From assembly GCA_963695795.1 (NCBI GenBank), contig CAVOHU010000002.1, forward strand, positions 341,565-405,564: DNA of 64,000 bases, in the 5' to 3' direction. The translations under genes were made by a program, and so were the position numbers. Source of the DNA: an uncultured Acidobacteriota bacterium (GTDB taxonomy: Bacteria > Acidobacteriota > Vicinamibacteria > Vicinamibacterales > JAKQTR01). Positions 8,332-18,532 of this stretch are shown here, in pieces. The notes under the pieces are model-generated. The model was not told the DNA's origin and searched no databases. It saw only the letters and a list, made by a program, of their open reading frames with translations. How positions within the stretch are numbered: the first letter of the stretch is position 1; each line of letters begins with the position of its first letter.

Positions 8332-11300
8332 TCAGTCGCGCCAGACCGACCTGAGGAAGTGGAGCACGGGCACGTCGCCCGCGCCGCCCCACACGGTCGC
8401 CGCCTGGCCGCGAACCCGCCACAAGGCCGTGGACGCCTGGTAGACCGCCATGTCGGTGACGCCGTCGCCATCATAGTCACCGGGCACCGGCACCTCGCCC
8501 GCCTTGCCGAACCGGATCGGCGCTTGCCCGGCGATCAGCCACTCGCCCGTCGAGGGCCGGTACACTGCCAGGTCCGTACGGCCGTCCCCGTCGTAGTCGC
8601 CCGGCACGAGGAGATCACCGGGCTGACCCCACAGGATCGGTGCCTGGCCGGCGATCCGCCACTCGCCCGTGGACGGGCGATACACCGCCAGGTCCGTGAT
8701 CCCGTCCCCGTCGTAATCGCCCGGCAGCGACACGTCGCCTGGCGCTTCGAATCTGATCGGCGCCTGGCCCGCAATCCGCCACTCGCCCGTCGAGGGCCGG
8801 TACACTGCCAGGTCCGTGCGGCCGTCCCCGTCGTAATCGCCCGGCACCGGCACGTCGCCCGGATCCCCGAATCGGATCGGCCTCTGCCCGACGAACCCCC
8901 ACTCGCCCGTCGAGGCAGCGTCGATCGGTCCCTCATGAACCTGCCCGAACCGCACCGGCGCCCGCTTGGCCACCCACCACTCGCCCGTCGAGGGCCGGTA
9001 CAGCGCCAAGTCCGTGCGGCCATCCCCGTCGTAATCGCCCGGCACCGGCACGTCGCCCGGCGCCCCGAACGGGATCGGCGCCTGGCCGGCGATCCGCCAC
9101 TCGCCCGTCGAGATCCGATAGCAGGCGATGTCGGTCGCGCCGTCCCCGTTGAAATCTCCGGCCGGCGCCGTCACCCGCAAGACCGCCGCGCGCGTGGCGG
9201 CCGAGCCGCCGGCGTTCGTGAACACCGCGCGATACTGCCAGCCGCGCGCCGGGCGCGCGGCGATCGTCTCGTAGGTGCGCTCGGTCGCCCCCGCCTGATC
9301 CGTCCACGTCTGCCCGCCGTCCACGCTGACCTGCCACTGAACCGTCGGCACCGGCGCACCGTCGGCGGCCGCCGTGAACGCCACCCGGCGCCCGCCCGGC
9401 GCGCCCCGGTCGACCGGCTGCTCGGTCACCACGGGGGCCCCGCCCCCCGGCACCACCGTCAGCGTCGCGGCCGTGGTCGTCGCGCTGCCCTGACTGTTGG
9501 TGAAGACCGCCCGGAACATCCGGCCGCTCATCCCGAGAACTGCCGGCGTCGTCAGCGTCTGTCGCGTCGCCCCGCGTGAACTGATCCACGACACGCCGCC
9601 ATCCGCGCTCACCTGCCACTGCACCGTCGGCGCCGGCGTCCCGGTCGCCGCCGCCGTGAACGTCGTAAACGTGTCGGCCGTCACCGTCACACTCGACGGG
9701 TGCAGCGTCACCACCGGTGCCCCCGTCCCCGTGCCCACCGTCAGCGTCGCCGCCTCCGAGATCGCCTCGCCGACCACGTTGTGAAACACCGCCCGATACT
9801 GGTGTCCGTGATCGCCCGGCGTCACCGCGAAGCTGTACGGTGTGGTCGTCGCCCCGCCAATGTCCGCCCACGCGCCGCCGCCCACGCGCCCTTGCCATTG
9901 CAGCGCCGGCGATGGCCGCCCCGTCGCCGCGGCCGCAAACGACGCCACCCCGCCCGCGGCCACCGTCTGCGCGAGCGGCTGTACGGTCACCGCCGGCGGT
10001 TGCAGCACCGTCAGCGTCACGGCGTTGCTCGTCGCGCTACCCAGACCGTTGGTGAACACCGCGCGATACTGGTAGCCGTCGGCCGCCACGAACGCCGGCA
10101 GGGTCAGGGTCGCCGCCGTACCCCCACGCACCAGATTCGTCCACGACACGCCGCCGTTCGTGCTCACCTGCCACTGCACCGTCGGCACCGGTGCGCCCAC
10201 CGCCGCCGCCCTGAAGGTCGCAAACGTGTTGTCCACCACCGTCACACTCACCGGTTGCAGCGTGATGAACGGCATCGCGCTCACCGTGAGGGGCACCGAG
10301 GCGGAGGCCGTCGTGAACACGACCGCGTCGGCCGGCGTGAAGAGCACCGAGAGGGTGTGCGTTCCAACCGGGAGCACCGTGCCCGCCGGCGGCGTGTACA
10401 CGAAGCTGCCCGCCACGGCCGACCCTCCGAAGGCCGCCGTCGCGTTCAACTGCGTCCCGCCAAGCGCCGTCCCGTAGCCGATCGGCGATGGGTTGGCCCA
10501 CGTGATCACCGGCGTCAGCAGTGTCACGGCAAAGCTCGCAGTCACCTGCGTGGCCGTCGTCATTCCCACCGTGCACGTTCCCACGCCCGAGCAGCCGCCG
10601 CCTGACCAGTTCGCAAACGTCGAGCCCGTGTCGGCGACCGCCGTCAGCGTCACACTCGTGCCGTGGCTGTAGGTCTCGGTGCAGTCGGTCCCGCAGTTGA
10701 TGCCCGCAGGGACGCTCGTCACCGTACCCGTCCCGTTCCCCGTCTTCAACACCGTCAGCTTGTCAACCACGTAGCGCTGGCCGAACACGCCGTAGCCGCT
10801 TCCGTCCTGCCCGTAGCTGTTCCAGGCGACGACGAAGTTCCCGCTCGCATCCGATGCCACGGCAGCGTTCCACTGAATGCTCGTGGTGTACGAGTTGGCG
10901 CGGAATTCACCTCCAAGCGGCAGTCCGCCGGTGTTGAAGAGCTGGCCGAAGATGCCCGCGAAGCTTCCGTCCTGGCCATCGCTGTTCCAGACGACAACGA
11001 AATTCCCGTTCGTGTCCGACGCGACGACTGGAATGTGCTGTTGGCCCGTGGTGTAGGAATTGATCTGGAACTCACTCCCTTGGGGTAGTCCGGAGGCGTT
11101 GAAGCGCTGGCCGAAGATGCCGTAGCTGCTCCCGTCCTGGTCGCTGCTCTGCCAGGCGACGACGAAGTTCCCGCCGGCGTCCGAGGACACCGAGGGGAAT
11201 GTCTGGAGCCCGGTCGTGTACGAATTGACCTGGAACTCACTCCCCTGGGGAAGTCCGGAGTCGTTGAAGCGCTGGCCGAACACGCCGTAGCTGCTCCCGT

Positions 11301-11976
11301 CCTGGCCCAGGCTGTTCCAGACGACGACGAAGTTCCCGCCGGCGTCCGAGGACACCGAGGGGAAAGTCTGAAACCCGGTCGTGTACGAATTGACCTGGAA
11401 CTCACTCCCCTGGGGAAGTCCCGAGGCGTTGAAGCGCTGGCCGAACACGCCGTAGCTGCTCCCGTCCTGGCCGTTGCTGTGCCAGGCGACCACGAAGTTC
11501 CCATTCGCGGCCGACGCCACGACCGGGTTGCTCTGGTTGGCCGTCGTGTAGGAATTGACCTGGAATTCGCTTCCCTGGGGAATCCCGGAGGCGTTGAAGC
11601 GCTGGCCGAAGACGCCGGAGCTGCTCCCGTCCTGGCCGTTGCTGTTCCAGACGACCACGAAGTTCCCATTCGCGGCCGACGCCACGACCGGGTTGGTCTG
11701 GTTGCCCGTGGTGTAGGAGTTGACCTGGAACTCGCTTCCCTGGGGAATTCCGGAGCTGTTGAAGCGCTGGCCGAAGACGCCGGAGCTGCTCCCGTCCTGA
11801 TAGTTGCTTTGCCAGACGACGACGAAGTTCCCGTTCGCGTCCGAGGCGATCTTCGGGGCCCTTTGCGTGCTGGTGGTGTAGGAGTTGACCTGGAACTCGG
11901 TTCCTGCCGGAGTCTGGGCCCACGCTGCGGGACACGCGAGCGAAAGCAAGAGCGCGACAGGCAGCTTACTTGACAT
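8332..11976 (-). CDS. Giant secreted repeat protein (1214 aa) with N-terminal 55-aa repeats, Ig-like domains and C-terminal FG-GAP/VCBS-like repeats
   Basis: Signal peptide MSSKLPVALLLSLACPAAWAQ. It carries 8 copies of 'GSEFQVNSYTTxxQxxPxVASxxxGNFVVVWxSxGQDGSxxGVFGQRFNxSGxPQ'. Four Ig-like units end in 'YQYRAVFTN..GSATS.A.TLTV'. About 7 copies of 'GDVPVPGDYDGDGRTDLAVYRPSTGEW' follow. Confidence 0.85.
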   Translation of the reverse strand: MSSKLPVALLLSLACPAAWAQTPAGTEFQVNSYTTSTQRAPKIASDANGNFVVVWQSNYQDGSSSGVFGQRFNSSGIPQGSEFQVNSYTTGNQTNPVVASAANGNFVVVWNSNGQDGSSSGVFGQRFNASGIPQGSEFQVNSYTTANQSNPVVASAANGNFVVAWHSNGQDGSSYGVFGQRFNASGLPQGSEFQVNSYTTGFQTFPSVSSDAGGNFVVVWNSLGQDGSSYGVFGQRFNDSGLPQGSEFQVNSYTTGLQTFPSVSSDAGGNFVVAWQSSDQDGSSYGIFGQRFNASGLPQGSEFQINSYTTGQQHIPVVASDTNGNFVVVWNSDGQDGSFAGIFGQLFNTGGLPLGGEFRANSYTTSIQWNAAVASDASGNFVVAWNSYGQDGSGYGVFGQRYVVDKLTVLKTGNGTGTVTSVPAGINCGTDCTETYSHGTSVTLTAVADTGSTFANWSGGGCSGVGTCTVGMTTATQVTASFAVTLLTPVITWANPSPIGYGTALGGTQLNATAAFGGSAVAGSFVYTPPAGTVLPVGTHTLSVLFTPADAVVFTTASASVPLTVSAMPFITLQPVSVTVVDNTFATFRAAAVGAPVPTVQWQVSTNGGVSWTNLVRGGTAATLTLPAFVAADGYQYRAVFTNGLGSATSNAVTLTVLQPPAVTVQPLAQTVAAGGVASFAAAATGRPSPALQWQGRVGGGAWADIGGATTTPYSFAVTPGDHGHQYRAVFHNVVGEAISEAATLTVGTGTGAPVVTLHPSSVTVTADTFTTFTAAATGTPAPTVQWQVSADGGVSWISSRGATRQTLTTPAVLGMSGRMFRAVFTNSQGSATTTAATLTVVPGGGAPVVTEQPVDRGAPGGRRVAFTAAADGAPVPTVQWQVSVDGGQTWTDQAGATERTYETIAARPARGWQYRAVFTNAGGSAATRAAVLRVTAPAGDFNGDGATDIACYRISTGEWRIAGQAPIPFGAPGDVPVPGDYDGDGRTDLALYRPSTGEWWVAKRAPVRFGQVHEGPIDAASTGEWGFVGQRPIRFGDPGDVPVPGDYDGDGRTDLAVYRPSTGEWRIAGQAPIRFEAPGDVSLPGDYDGDGITDLAVYRPSTGEWRIAGQAPILWGQPGDLLVPGDYDGDGRTDLAVYRPSTGEWLIAGQAPIRFGKAGEVPVPGDYDGDGVTDMAVYQASTALWRVRGQAATVWGGAGDVPVLHFLRSVWRD
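8370..9170. repeat. About 7 tandem 120-bp coding repeats (FG-GAP/VCBS-like units)
   Basis: The string 'ccgtccccgtcgtaatcgcccggcaccggcacgtcgccc' recurs with a period of about 120 nt. Confidence 0.7.
10790..11900. repeat. About 8 tandem 165-bp coding repeats inside the giant protein gene
   Basis: The same string 'cgaattgacctggaactcactcccctggggaagtcc' recurs at 11221 and 11386, a 165-nt period. Adjacent units are near-identical at the DNA level. Confidence 0.8.
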
Positions 11977-12100
11977 GGGAGAGCCCCCAGATCGTGTCTT
12001 GCTTTGTCGATCCGGTCAAGGACGAAGACGGCCTGTCGGTCAACAACGGTGGCAGAGTTGGCATTCCTGCAGGCCCCCGTGGCGTACCGTTCGGTGCGCG

Positions 12101-13918
12101 TCACCTGGCGTTCGCGCGTTGCTTCGCGACTGTCGCCAGAACGGCCGCTCGACGCCGCTCGCGTTCGGCCTCGGACAGCCGACCGAAGTGTGCGAGAAGG
12201 TCACCGCACATCGCATGCAGCGGAACGAACGATCCTGCCAGGTCGGCGGCCTGGAGCGAGATGGTGGAAGTCGGACCGCGGGGTTCTAGCGTCTTCAGTT
12301 CCTGAGGTTCCGTCTCGAGCTGGCGCGTGAGAAGACCGAGCGCGCCCCGGAGATCGTCGGCCGCCATCCGCTGCTCCGCGAGGCGCAGTGTGATCTCGTT
12401 ACCCACACCGTAGTCCTGGACGCGTATGCGCGGGATTCCGTCCGGCAACCTCCGGTCAATCGCTACGGCCGCAATGGCGACCGCCGCCAGCACGATGAGC
12501 GCCTTGCGGATCCGGTGCGAGGCAAGGAGTCGAGCCACCCCAACGATGCTGACCGCACCGTACGGAATGAGTGCGAACGCCATGGGCATCCGCAACCGCC
12601 CGAGGGTGTACAAGACCACGAGGCTCATCAGGCAGCAGCCGATGTAGGCGAGGAGCAGCGCGTGTTCCCACGAGCGGCGAAATCCGAGCACCAGTCCGGT
12701 CAGGGCCAGCGGCGCCACAAGTCCGAAGCCCAGGCCGACCTTGCCGAGTACCGGCGCTTGGAGAAGGAAGTAGTCGTAACTCTCGTTGTTCGGGATTTCG
12801 TACCAATGCCACACGGCCAGGAACTTGCGCCCGAGCAGCGCGAGCCAGCTTCTGGTATTCGGGTGCGTGCGCAGGGTCTCGACAATCGCGGGCAGCATGC
12901 GGCCGCCGCTGCGCTGCATCACGTCCGCGGCGTGAGCGCTCATGGCGGTGCCGCTCATGGGTTCGTAGTCGGCGGCATTGTGATTGACGAATGTGACCGC
13001 CCCGCTCGAGGCGGGTGAGTAGAGGCCGACACTGACGGCGACGTTTCGGGCCATCACGGGCGCCAGCCCGACGAGAAGGCCCAGCGCCAGCGCGCCCACG
13101 GCGCGCACGGCCAGCCGGGGGCTCCGGCCGGTCGCGACCGGGACGAGGAGGATTACCACGATCGCGAATAGCCAGGCGCCGGAGGTCGCGAGAATGCTCA
13201 GCGCACAGGCCATCCCGGCGAGCGCGAACCGGCGCGCGGTGGGCTGGCGGAACGCCCGCATCGCCAGCCACAACGTCAGGATCCCGGTCGTGTTGATGAG
13301 CACCGCGCGGAGCAGGACGTCTTCGTACATGACGAGCGGCCCATAGAGGGCCGCCACGAGGCCGGCGACCAGAGCGACGAGATCGCCGGCAAGCCGGCGC
13401 GCTATCCCCCACAGGACGGCGATACTCAGCAGCCCCAGCATCGCCTGCGCGATGAACACAACACGCACCTGCCGGCCGAACGTCCCGTAGAGAGCGGCGA
13501 TGAAATAGGGATAGAGCGGGTCCTGATAGAACGTGCGGGGCCCGAGCCACTGGTCCCAGATCCGGCGGACCTCTGCGTCTCCGAGCGTCTCGCGGCCCCC
13601 CGACGCCTGGTAGGCCGCACGAGCCACGGCGGTGTGCCAGGAATGCAGCGGGCGAACGTCGTTCACTGAAAGCACGTCGCCCGCGACGATTTTCTGCGCC
13701 CAGGAATCGTAGAACGCGTTGTCGGTTTCGCTCCAGTGATGGAGCGAGAGGACGGGGCTGTTCCAGACCTCGATCAACACGAACGCACGAAGCAGGATCG
13801 CGACAATCAGGACGAGCGCCAGCGAAAAGGCCCCCGTCCGTGCGGGCCAGCGGCCCTGACGTGGTTCGACGAGGTACGGAAGACTCGGCTCGGTCGCGCG
13901 CGGAGGAGAATCGTGCAT
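12101..13918 (-). CDS. ArnT/PMT-like (GT39/GT83-type) polytopic glycosyltransferase with a TPR-like C-terminal tail
   Basis: Many TM segments, and motifs such as 'FYQDPLYPYFIAALYGTFG'. The C-terminal soluble helical region resembles TPR. The start is placed at MHDSPP (13918); the ORF is open up to 14254, so the true start is uncertain. Confidence 0.65.
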   Translation of the reverse strand: MHDSPPRATEPSLPYLVEPRQGRWPARTGAFSLALVLIVAILLRAFVLIEVWNSPVLSLHHWSETDNAFYDSWAQKIVAGDVLSVNDVRPLHSWHTAVARAAYQASGGRETLGDAEVRRIWDQWLGPRTFYQDPLYPYFIAALYGTFGRQVRVVFIAQAMLGLLSIAVLWGIARRLAGDLVALVAGLVAALYGPLVMYEDVLLRAVLINTTGILTLWLAMRAFRQPTARRFALAGMACALSILATSGAWLFAIVVILLVPVATGRSPRLAVRAVGALALGLLVGLAPVMARNVAVSVGLYSPASSGAVTFVNHNAADYEPMSGTAMSAHAADVMQRSGGRMLPAIVETLRTHPNTRSWLALLGRKFLAVWHWYEIPNNESYDYFLLQAPVLGKVGLGFGLVAPLALTGLVLGFRRSWEHALLLAYIGCCLMSLVVLYTLGRLRMPMAFALIPYGAVSIVGVARLLASHRIRKALIVLAAVAIAAVAIDRRLPDGIPRIRVQDYGVGNEITLRLAEQRMAADDLRGALGLLTRQLETEPQELKTLEPRGPTSTISLQAADLAGSFVPLHAMCGDLLAHFGRLSEAERERRRAAVLATVAKQRANAR

Positions 13919-14368
13919 CGCGCGCGCCCGACGCCGGATCCAGTCGCCAGTATCCTTCAGCCTCACGTTTGGAGTCTTCGTCTTGCCTGGCGGGGAGCCT
14001 ACTATGCCGCGCGACGAAGCGTCAACGACGCTGGGGAGCCGGCGTTGCGCCTCTTTGATAATGTCCCGTCCCGCCGCCTTGACTTCATCGGACCCTTCCG
14101 CTAGCCTTGGCCAAAATCGCTCAGCATTCGACGTCAGGAATCGACGAGGGATGACGATCGCCTCGTCGAGAACACGCCGTCCGGCGGGATTTACCACGCG
14201 CTGAACCTGGTCGGTCCCCTTGGCGGGCCGATCTTCCGGAGGGGGAAGTACCAACAGTCCGCTCGAGGGAACACGCCCCCACCGCGATTCGTTCCGCGTC
14301 TCACACAGCTGTCATTGCAGCGTGCGACTCGCACACGATCTCCGTGGCCTTCATGAAAGGACAGCACC

Positions 14369-17300
14369 GTGCACGCAACTCCTCACCGATTGATCAGCTG
14401 CATCCTCGTCATTGCGGCGCTGTGGGCGGCGCCGGTCCTCGCTCAAGGCGTCGGCGGCACCACGTCGTTGAACGGAGTTGTCACCGACACTCAGGGCGGT
14501 GTGATCCCGGGTGCCTCGATCGAGGCCAAGAACACGGCGACCAACGTTGCAGAGACCGTGGTCTCGAACTCGACCGGCGCCTTTTCGATACCCGGGTTGA
14601 GTCCCGGCGTCTACGTCGTGACCGTGTCGCTCAGCGGTTTCAAGACGACGGTCATCACCGACGTGCGGCTGGTCGCCGCCACGCCGGCCCAGATCAAGGC
14701 AGTGCTGGAACTGGGCGCGCTGACCGAGACGGTTGAAGTCAAGGGCGGACCCGGCCTCGTGCAGACCACCAGCGTCAAGGTGCAATCGACGATGCTCGCC
14801 GAGCAGATCACGAAGCTCCCGCTCAGCTCGCGCAACGGATTGAGCTCGACGATGTTCCTGCCCGGCGTGCAGCAGACCGGCGCGGGAGGCTACCGGGCCG
14901 CGACCATCAACGGCCTGCCGCAGAACACGATCAGCATCACCCTCGACGGCATCGGCATCGGCAACAACCGGCAGTCCGGCGACGGATTCTACACGCAGGT
15001 GTTTCCCCGCCTCGACGCGGTCGAGGAAGTCACCGTCACGGGCGCGACGCCCGACGCGGCCGGCGGCGCGCAGGGGTCGGTGCAGGTGGCGTTTGTCACC
15101 CGCTCTGGAACGAACACGTTCAGCAGCAGCATCTACCACTACTGGCGATCGCCGAAGTTCAACACGAACTACTACTTCAACGAGATCAACAACCTGCCGG
15201 TCAACAACCTCACCGTCCACCAGTTCGGCGGGCGGGTCGGCGGGCCGATCGTGCGCAACAGAGCGTTCTTCTTCCTGAACTACGAACAGTTCTATCTGCC
15301 CAATGAGTCGACCCGGACCAGGACCGTGATCAATCAGGCGGCGCAGCAGGGGCGGTTCCGGTACGACGCCGCCGGGCAGGTGCGCGAAGTCAACGTGCTC
15401 GATCTGGCGCGCACGAACAACCAGCTGTCGTCGGTCGATCCGCTCGTGGCCTCGCTGCTCGCGTCCATCCGCGCGGCGACGGGCACGACGGGCACCCTCA
15501 CGCCGCGCACCGATCTCAATACGGAGTCCTACACGTTCCTGGCGCCTTCGAGGCGCGACGAATACGCGCCGACCGCGCGCGTCGACCTGAACGTAACGTC
15601 GAAGCACCGGATCTCGGCAACGTATCTCTGGCAGAGGATCAAGTCCAATCCTGACTTCCTGAACTCCGGCGAGGCGGCGTTTCCCGGCTTTCCGAACATC
15701 ACCGTGCAGTCGTCGTACCGGAGGACCGGTTCGCTGGCCCTGCGTTCGACGCTCTCGTCGACCATCGTCAACGAATTCAAGGCGGGGTTCCAGTCGTCGC
15801 CGGTCGATTTCTACAGCGACCTCAGCAAGAGCACCTTCGACAACCAGGGCGGCCGACAGTTGACCCTCGGCTTCGGGCTGACCAGCGTGACCCAGGGCAA
15901 CGCGCCCAACCTGGTCAACACGCCGAGCATCAACGTCGTGGACAGCCTGACGTGGCTCCGCGGCAAGCACACCTTCACCTTTGGAGGCACGTTCACGCGC
16001 ATCACGAATCAGACCAAGGCGTGGAACATCGTTCCGACGGTGACGCTGGGCTTCACGGAAGCCAACGATCCGGCCGCTTCCATCTTCTCCACGACGAACT
16101 TCCCCGGCGCATCGACCACCGTGCTGACCAACGCCCGCGCGCTGTATGCGCTGCTGACGGGCCGCGTGTCAGGCGTCAACGGCACGTCCCGGCTCGATGG
16201 CGGCACCGGGAAGTACGTCTATCTCGGCGCGCTGGAGCAGAAGCTGCGGCAGGACGTGTTCGGCGCGTACGCGCAGGACCAGTGGCGCCTGATGCAGGGC
16301 CTCACGTTGAACCTTGGCCTGCGGTGGGAGGTGGCGCTGCCGTTCCAGCCGACCACGCCGACCTACTCGACGTCCACTCTGGCTGACCTTTGCGGCGTCT
16401 CGGGCGTCGGCTCCGGTCCCGGAGGCCGACAGTGCAACATCTTCAAACCCTCCACGCTCGGAGCGCCGACCGCCACACCGCAGTACACGATGTACGAGGA
16501 CAGCACGCGCGCCTTCAAGACCGAATGGAACAACGTCGCTCCCAGCGTGGGCGTGGCGTGGCGGCCGCTGGTCAAGAGCGGGTGGTTGCGGGCGATCCTC
16601 GGAGATCCCGAGCAGGCCACGATTCGAGGCGGCTATTCAGTGAGCTTCAACCGGGAGCGCATCGATCGCTTCACGGGAATCTACGGCGCGAATCCGGGAG
16701 GCACGACGACGGCCAACCGCAATGTGACCAACGGCAACCTGGTGTACCCGGGTGAGGCGTGGCCAATCCTGCTGCGCGACGCGTCGCGTCTCGGTCCGCC
16801 GGCAATCTGCGCCGCGGGTGCCGTGAGCGCCGCGTGCGTCCAGGCCGCGCCCGTGTATCCGATTGGCGCGACAACGGCCAGCAGCCTGAGCATCTTCGAC
16901 CCGAATATCACGCTGCCGTCCACCCGCTCGTGGTCCGTCGGGATTCAGCGGGCGCTGACGAACGACTCCGCTATCGAGGTGCTCTACCTCGGCAACAGAA
17001 ACGTGAACGCCTGGACGTCCGAGAACTGGAACGAGCGGAACATGGTCGAGAACGGATTCATCGACGAGTTCCAGAAGGCGCGGATCAACCTCGCGGCGAA
17101 CATGGCGGCAGGACGCGGCACCTCGTTCGCGTACTTCGGGCCGGGCACCGGCACCGCGCCGCTGCCGATCTACCTTGCCTACCTGACCGGATCGGCGGCG
17201 GCGAGCGATCCTGCCCGCTACTCGAGCGCGTTCGCGAGCACGACGTGGACGCAGCACCTGAGCAACTTCAACCCCGCTCCGCTGACGGCGGCCACCAATC

Positions 17301-18235
17301 TGGAGAACGATGCCACGCGTCGCGCAAACGCCCGCACAGCCGGCCTGCCGTCGAACTTCTTCGTGATGAACCCCGCGGTCTCCAACGCGAACATCATGCG
17401 GTCCGCAGCCGGCAGCCGTTATAACGCGATCCAGGTGCAGTACCGCCGTCGTCTCTCGCAGGGACTGCTCGTCAACGCAAGCTACACCTACTCGCGCCGC
17501 TACGGCTCGTCGTTGCTGACGATCCATCAGCCCCGCCTGTATCTGCAGGACGCGGGCGTGCCGCACGCGTGGAAGTTGAATTGGACCTACGCGCTGCCCT
17601 TCGGCAAGGGACGGCGGTTCGGCACGGGCTGGGGCGGGTTCACCGACGCGGCCCTCGGCGGCTGGGAGCTCTCGGGTACCGGCCGCGTGCAGATCGAACA
17701 GTACTCGATGGACAGCGTCAAGCTGGTCGGGATGTCGAAACAGGACTTGCAGAAGGCGTTCAAGATCCGAATCGTGAAGGATCCCACGTCGGGCGTGACA
17801 ACAGTCTTCAGCATGGCGCAGGACATCATCGACAACACGCGCAAGGCATTCAGCGTCGATCCCGTGTCGGCAACCGGCTACAGCGCACTAGGCGTGCCGA
17901 CCGGCCGGTACATCGCGCCGGCCAGCACTGCGTCGTGCATCGCGCTCTACCCTGGCGACTGCGGTTCGCCGCAGAGAATCCTGCTGAACGGCCCGGCGTT
18001 CGTGCGGTTCGACCTCCGCGCTACGAAGAAGTTCACACTGCCCTGGAAGCGGGTGACGGTGGACCTGAGCTTCGAGCTGATGAACCTGCTCGACAACATC
18101 AACTTCAATCCGGCGCTCAACCCGGGATCGGGGGCCACGACCTTCCAGGTCACCAGTGCCTATCGGGACACTGGCGTCGACGTGAACGACCCCGGAGGCC
18201 GGCTGGGACAGATCGTCTGGCGGATCAGCTGGTAG
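14369..18235 (+). CDS. TonB-dependent receptor with an N-terminal carboxypeptidase-regulatory-like domain
   Basis: The signal peptide is followed by 'LNGVVTDTQGGVIPGASIEAKNTATN..TGAFSIPGLSPGVYVVTVSLSGFKT' (CarboxypepD_reg). A plug and a large barrel follow, ending in an aromatic residue ('VWRISW'). Confidence 0.85.
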   Translation: MHATPHRLISCILVIAALWAAPVLAQGVGGTTSLNGVVTDTQGGVIPGASIEAKNTATNVAETVVSNSTGAFSIPGLSPGVYVVTVSLSGFKTTVITDVRLVAATPAQIKAVLELGALTETVEVKGGPGLVQTTSVKVQSTMLAEQITKLPLSSRNGLSSTMFLPGVQQTGAGGYRAATINGLPQNTISITLDGIGIGNNRQSGDGFYTQVFPRLDAVEEVTVTGATPDAAGGAQGSVQVAFVTRSGTNTFSSSIYHYWRSPKFNTNYYFNEINNLPVNNLTVHQFGGRVGGPIVRNRAFFFLNYEQFYLPNESTRTRTVINQAAQQGRFRYDAAGQVREVNVLDLARTNNQLSSVDPLVASLLASIRAATGTTGTLTPRTDLNTESYTFLAPSRRDEYAPTARVDLNVTSKHRISATYLWQRIKSNPDFLNSGEAAFPGFPNITVQSSYRRTGSLALRSTLSSTIVNEFKAGFQSSPVDFYSDLSKSTFDNQGGRQLTLGFGLTSVTQGNAPNLVNTPSINVVDSLTWLRGKHTFTFGGTFTRITNQTKAWNIVPTVTLGFTEANDPAASIFSTTNFPGASTTVLTNARALYALLTGRVSGVNGTSRLDGGTGKYVYLGALEQKLRQDVFGAYAQDQWRLMQGLTLNLGLRWEVALPFQPTTPTYSTSTLADLCGVSGVGSGPGGRQCNIFKPSTLGAPTATPQYTMYEDSTRAFKTEWNNVAPSVGVAWRPLVKSGWLRAILGDPEQATIRGGYSVSFNRERIDRFTGIYGANPGGTTTANRNVTNGNLVYPGEAWPILLRDASRLGPPAICAAGAVSAACVQAAPVYPIGATTASSLSIFDPNITLPSTRSWSVGIQRALTNDSAIEVLYLGNRNVNAWTSENWNERNMVENGFIDEFQKARINLAANMAAGRGTSFAYFGPGTGTAPLPIYLAYLTGSAAASDPARYSSAFASTTWTQHLSNFNPAPLTAATNLENDATRRANARTAGLPSNFFVMNPAVSNANIMRSAAGSRYNAIQVQYRRRLSQGLLVNASYTYSRRYGSSLLTIHQPRLYLQDAGVPHAWKLNWTYALPFGKGRRFGTGWGGFTDAALGGWELSGTGRVQIEQYSMDSVKLVGMSKQDLQKAFKIRIVKDPTSGVTTVFSMAQDIIDNTRKAFSVDPVSATGYSALGVPTGRYIAPASTASCIALYPGDCGSPQRILLNGPAFVRFDLRATKKFTLPWKRVTVDLSFELMNLLDNINFNPALNPGSGATTFQVTSAYRDTGVDVNDPGGRLGQIVWRISW

Positions 18236-18254
18236 GGACCCCGCGGAGGCAGAG

Positions 18255-18280
18255 GCGCGGGCGCGTCAGTGCGCCCGCGC
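18255..18280 (+). terminator. Perfect 10-bp GC hairpin downstream of the receptor gene
   Basis: gcgcgggcgc-gtcagt-gcgcccgcgc lies 20 nt after the stop. There is no T-tract, so intrinsic-terminator function is only plausible. Confidence 0.4.
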
Positions 18281-18344
18281 AGCTGAAGGCCGAAGGACAC
18301 TCGGAACACGCACATCCGGCTCCGGGCCTTCGGGTCGCGCCCTG

Positions 18345-18382
18345 GAGCCTTGAGCCCTGAGGCTTGAGCCCTGAGCCGTGAG
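18345..18382. repeat. Short tandem REP-like element (about 2.5 copies of a 14-nt unit)
   Basis: gagc-cttgagccctgagg-cttgagccctgagc-cgtgag lies in the intergenic gap between convergent genes. Confidence 0.5.
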
Positions 18383-18532
18383 TCCCGCCTACTTCGGCCT
18401 GATCGTCTCGGTCGAACCAAACCGCCCATAGCAGCTCGATCCCGAGCAGGTGAGTCTGTACGACTTGTCCAATTCCTGCAGAGCGTTGCCACTCGCTGTG
18501 AACGGGCATGACTTGCCATGATGGGGACATTT

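Noticed and set aside
8370-11900. Regular tandem repeats that could be mistaken for a CRISPR array.
   Set aside because: The units are 120 and 165 bp with no unique spacers. They lie in frame inside one long ORF with a signal peptide, so they are protein repeats. No CRISPR-like repeat-spacer pattern was seen anywhere in the window.
13919-14254. A 112-codon N-terminal extension of the ArnT/PMT-like ORF.
   Set aside because: The extension is hydrophilic, lacks motifs, and precedes a good internal Met just ahead of the first TM segment. It was kept out of the call, but the true start remains uncertain.
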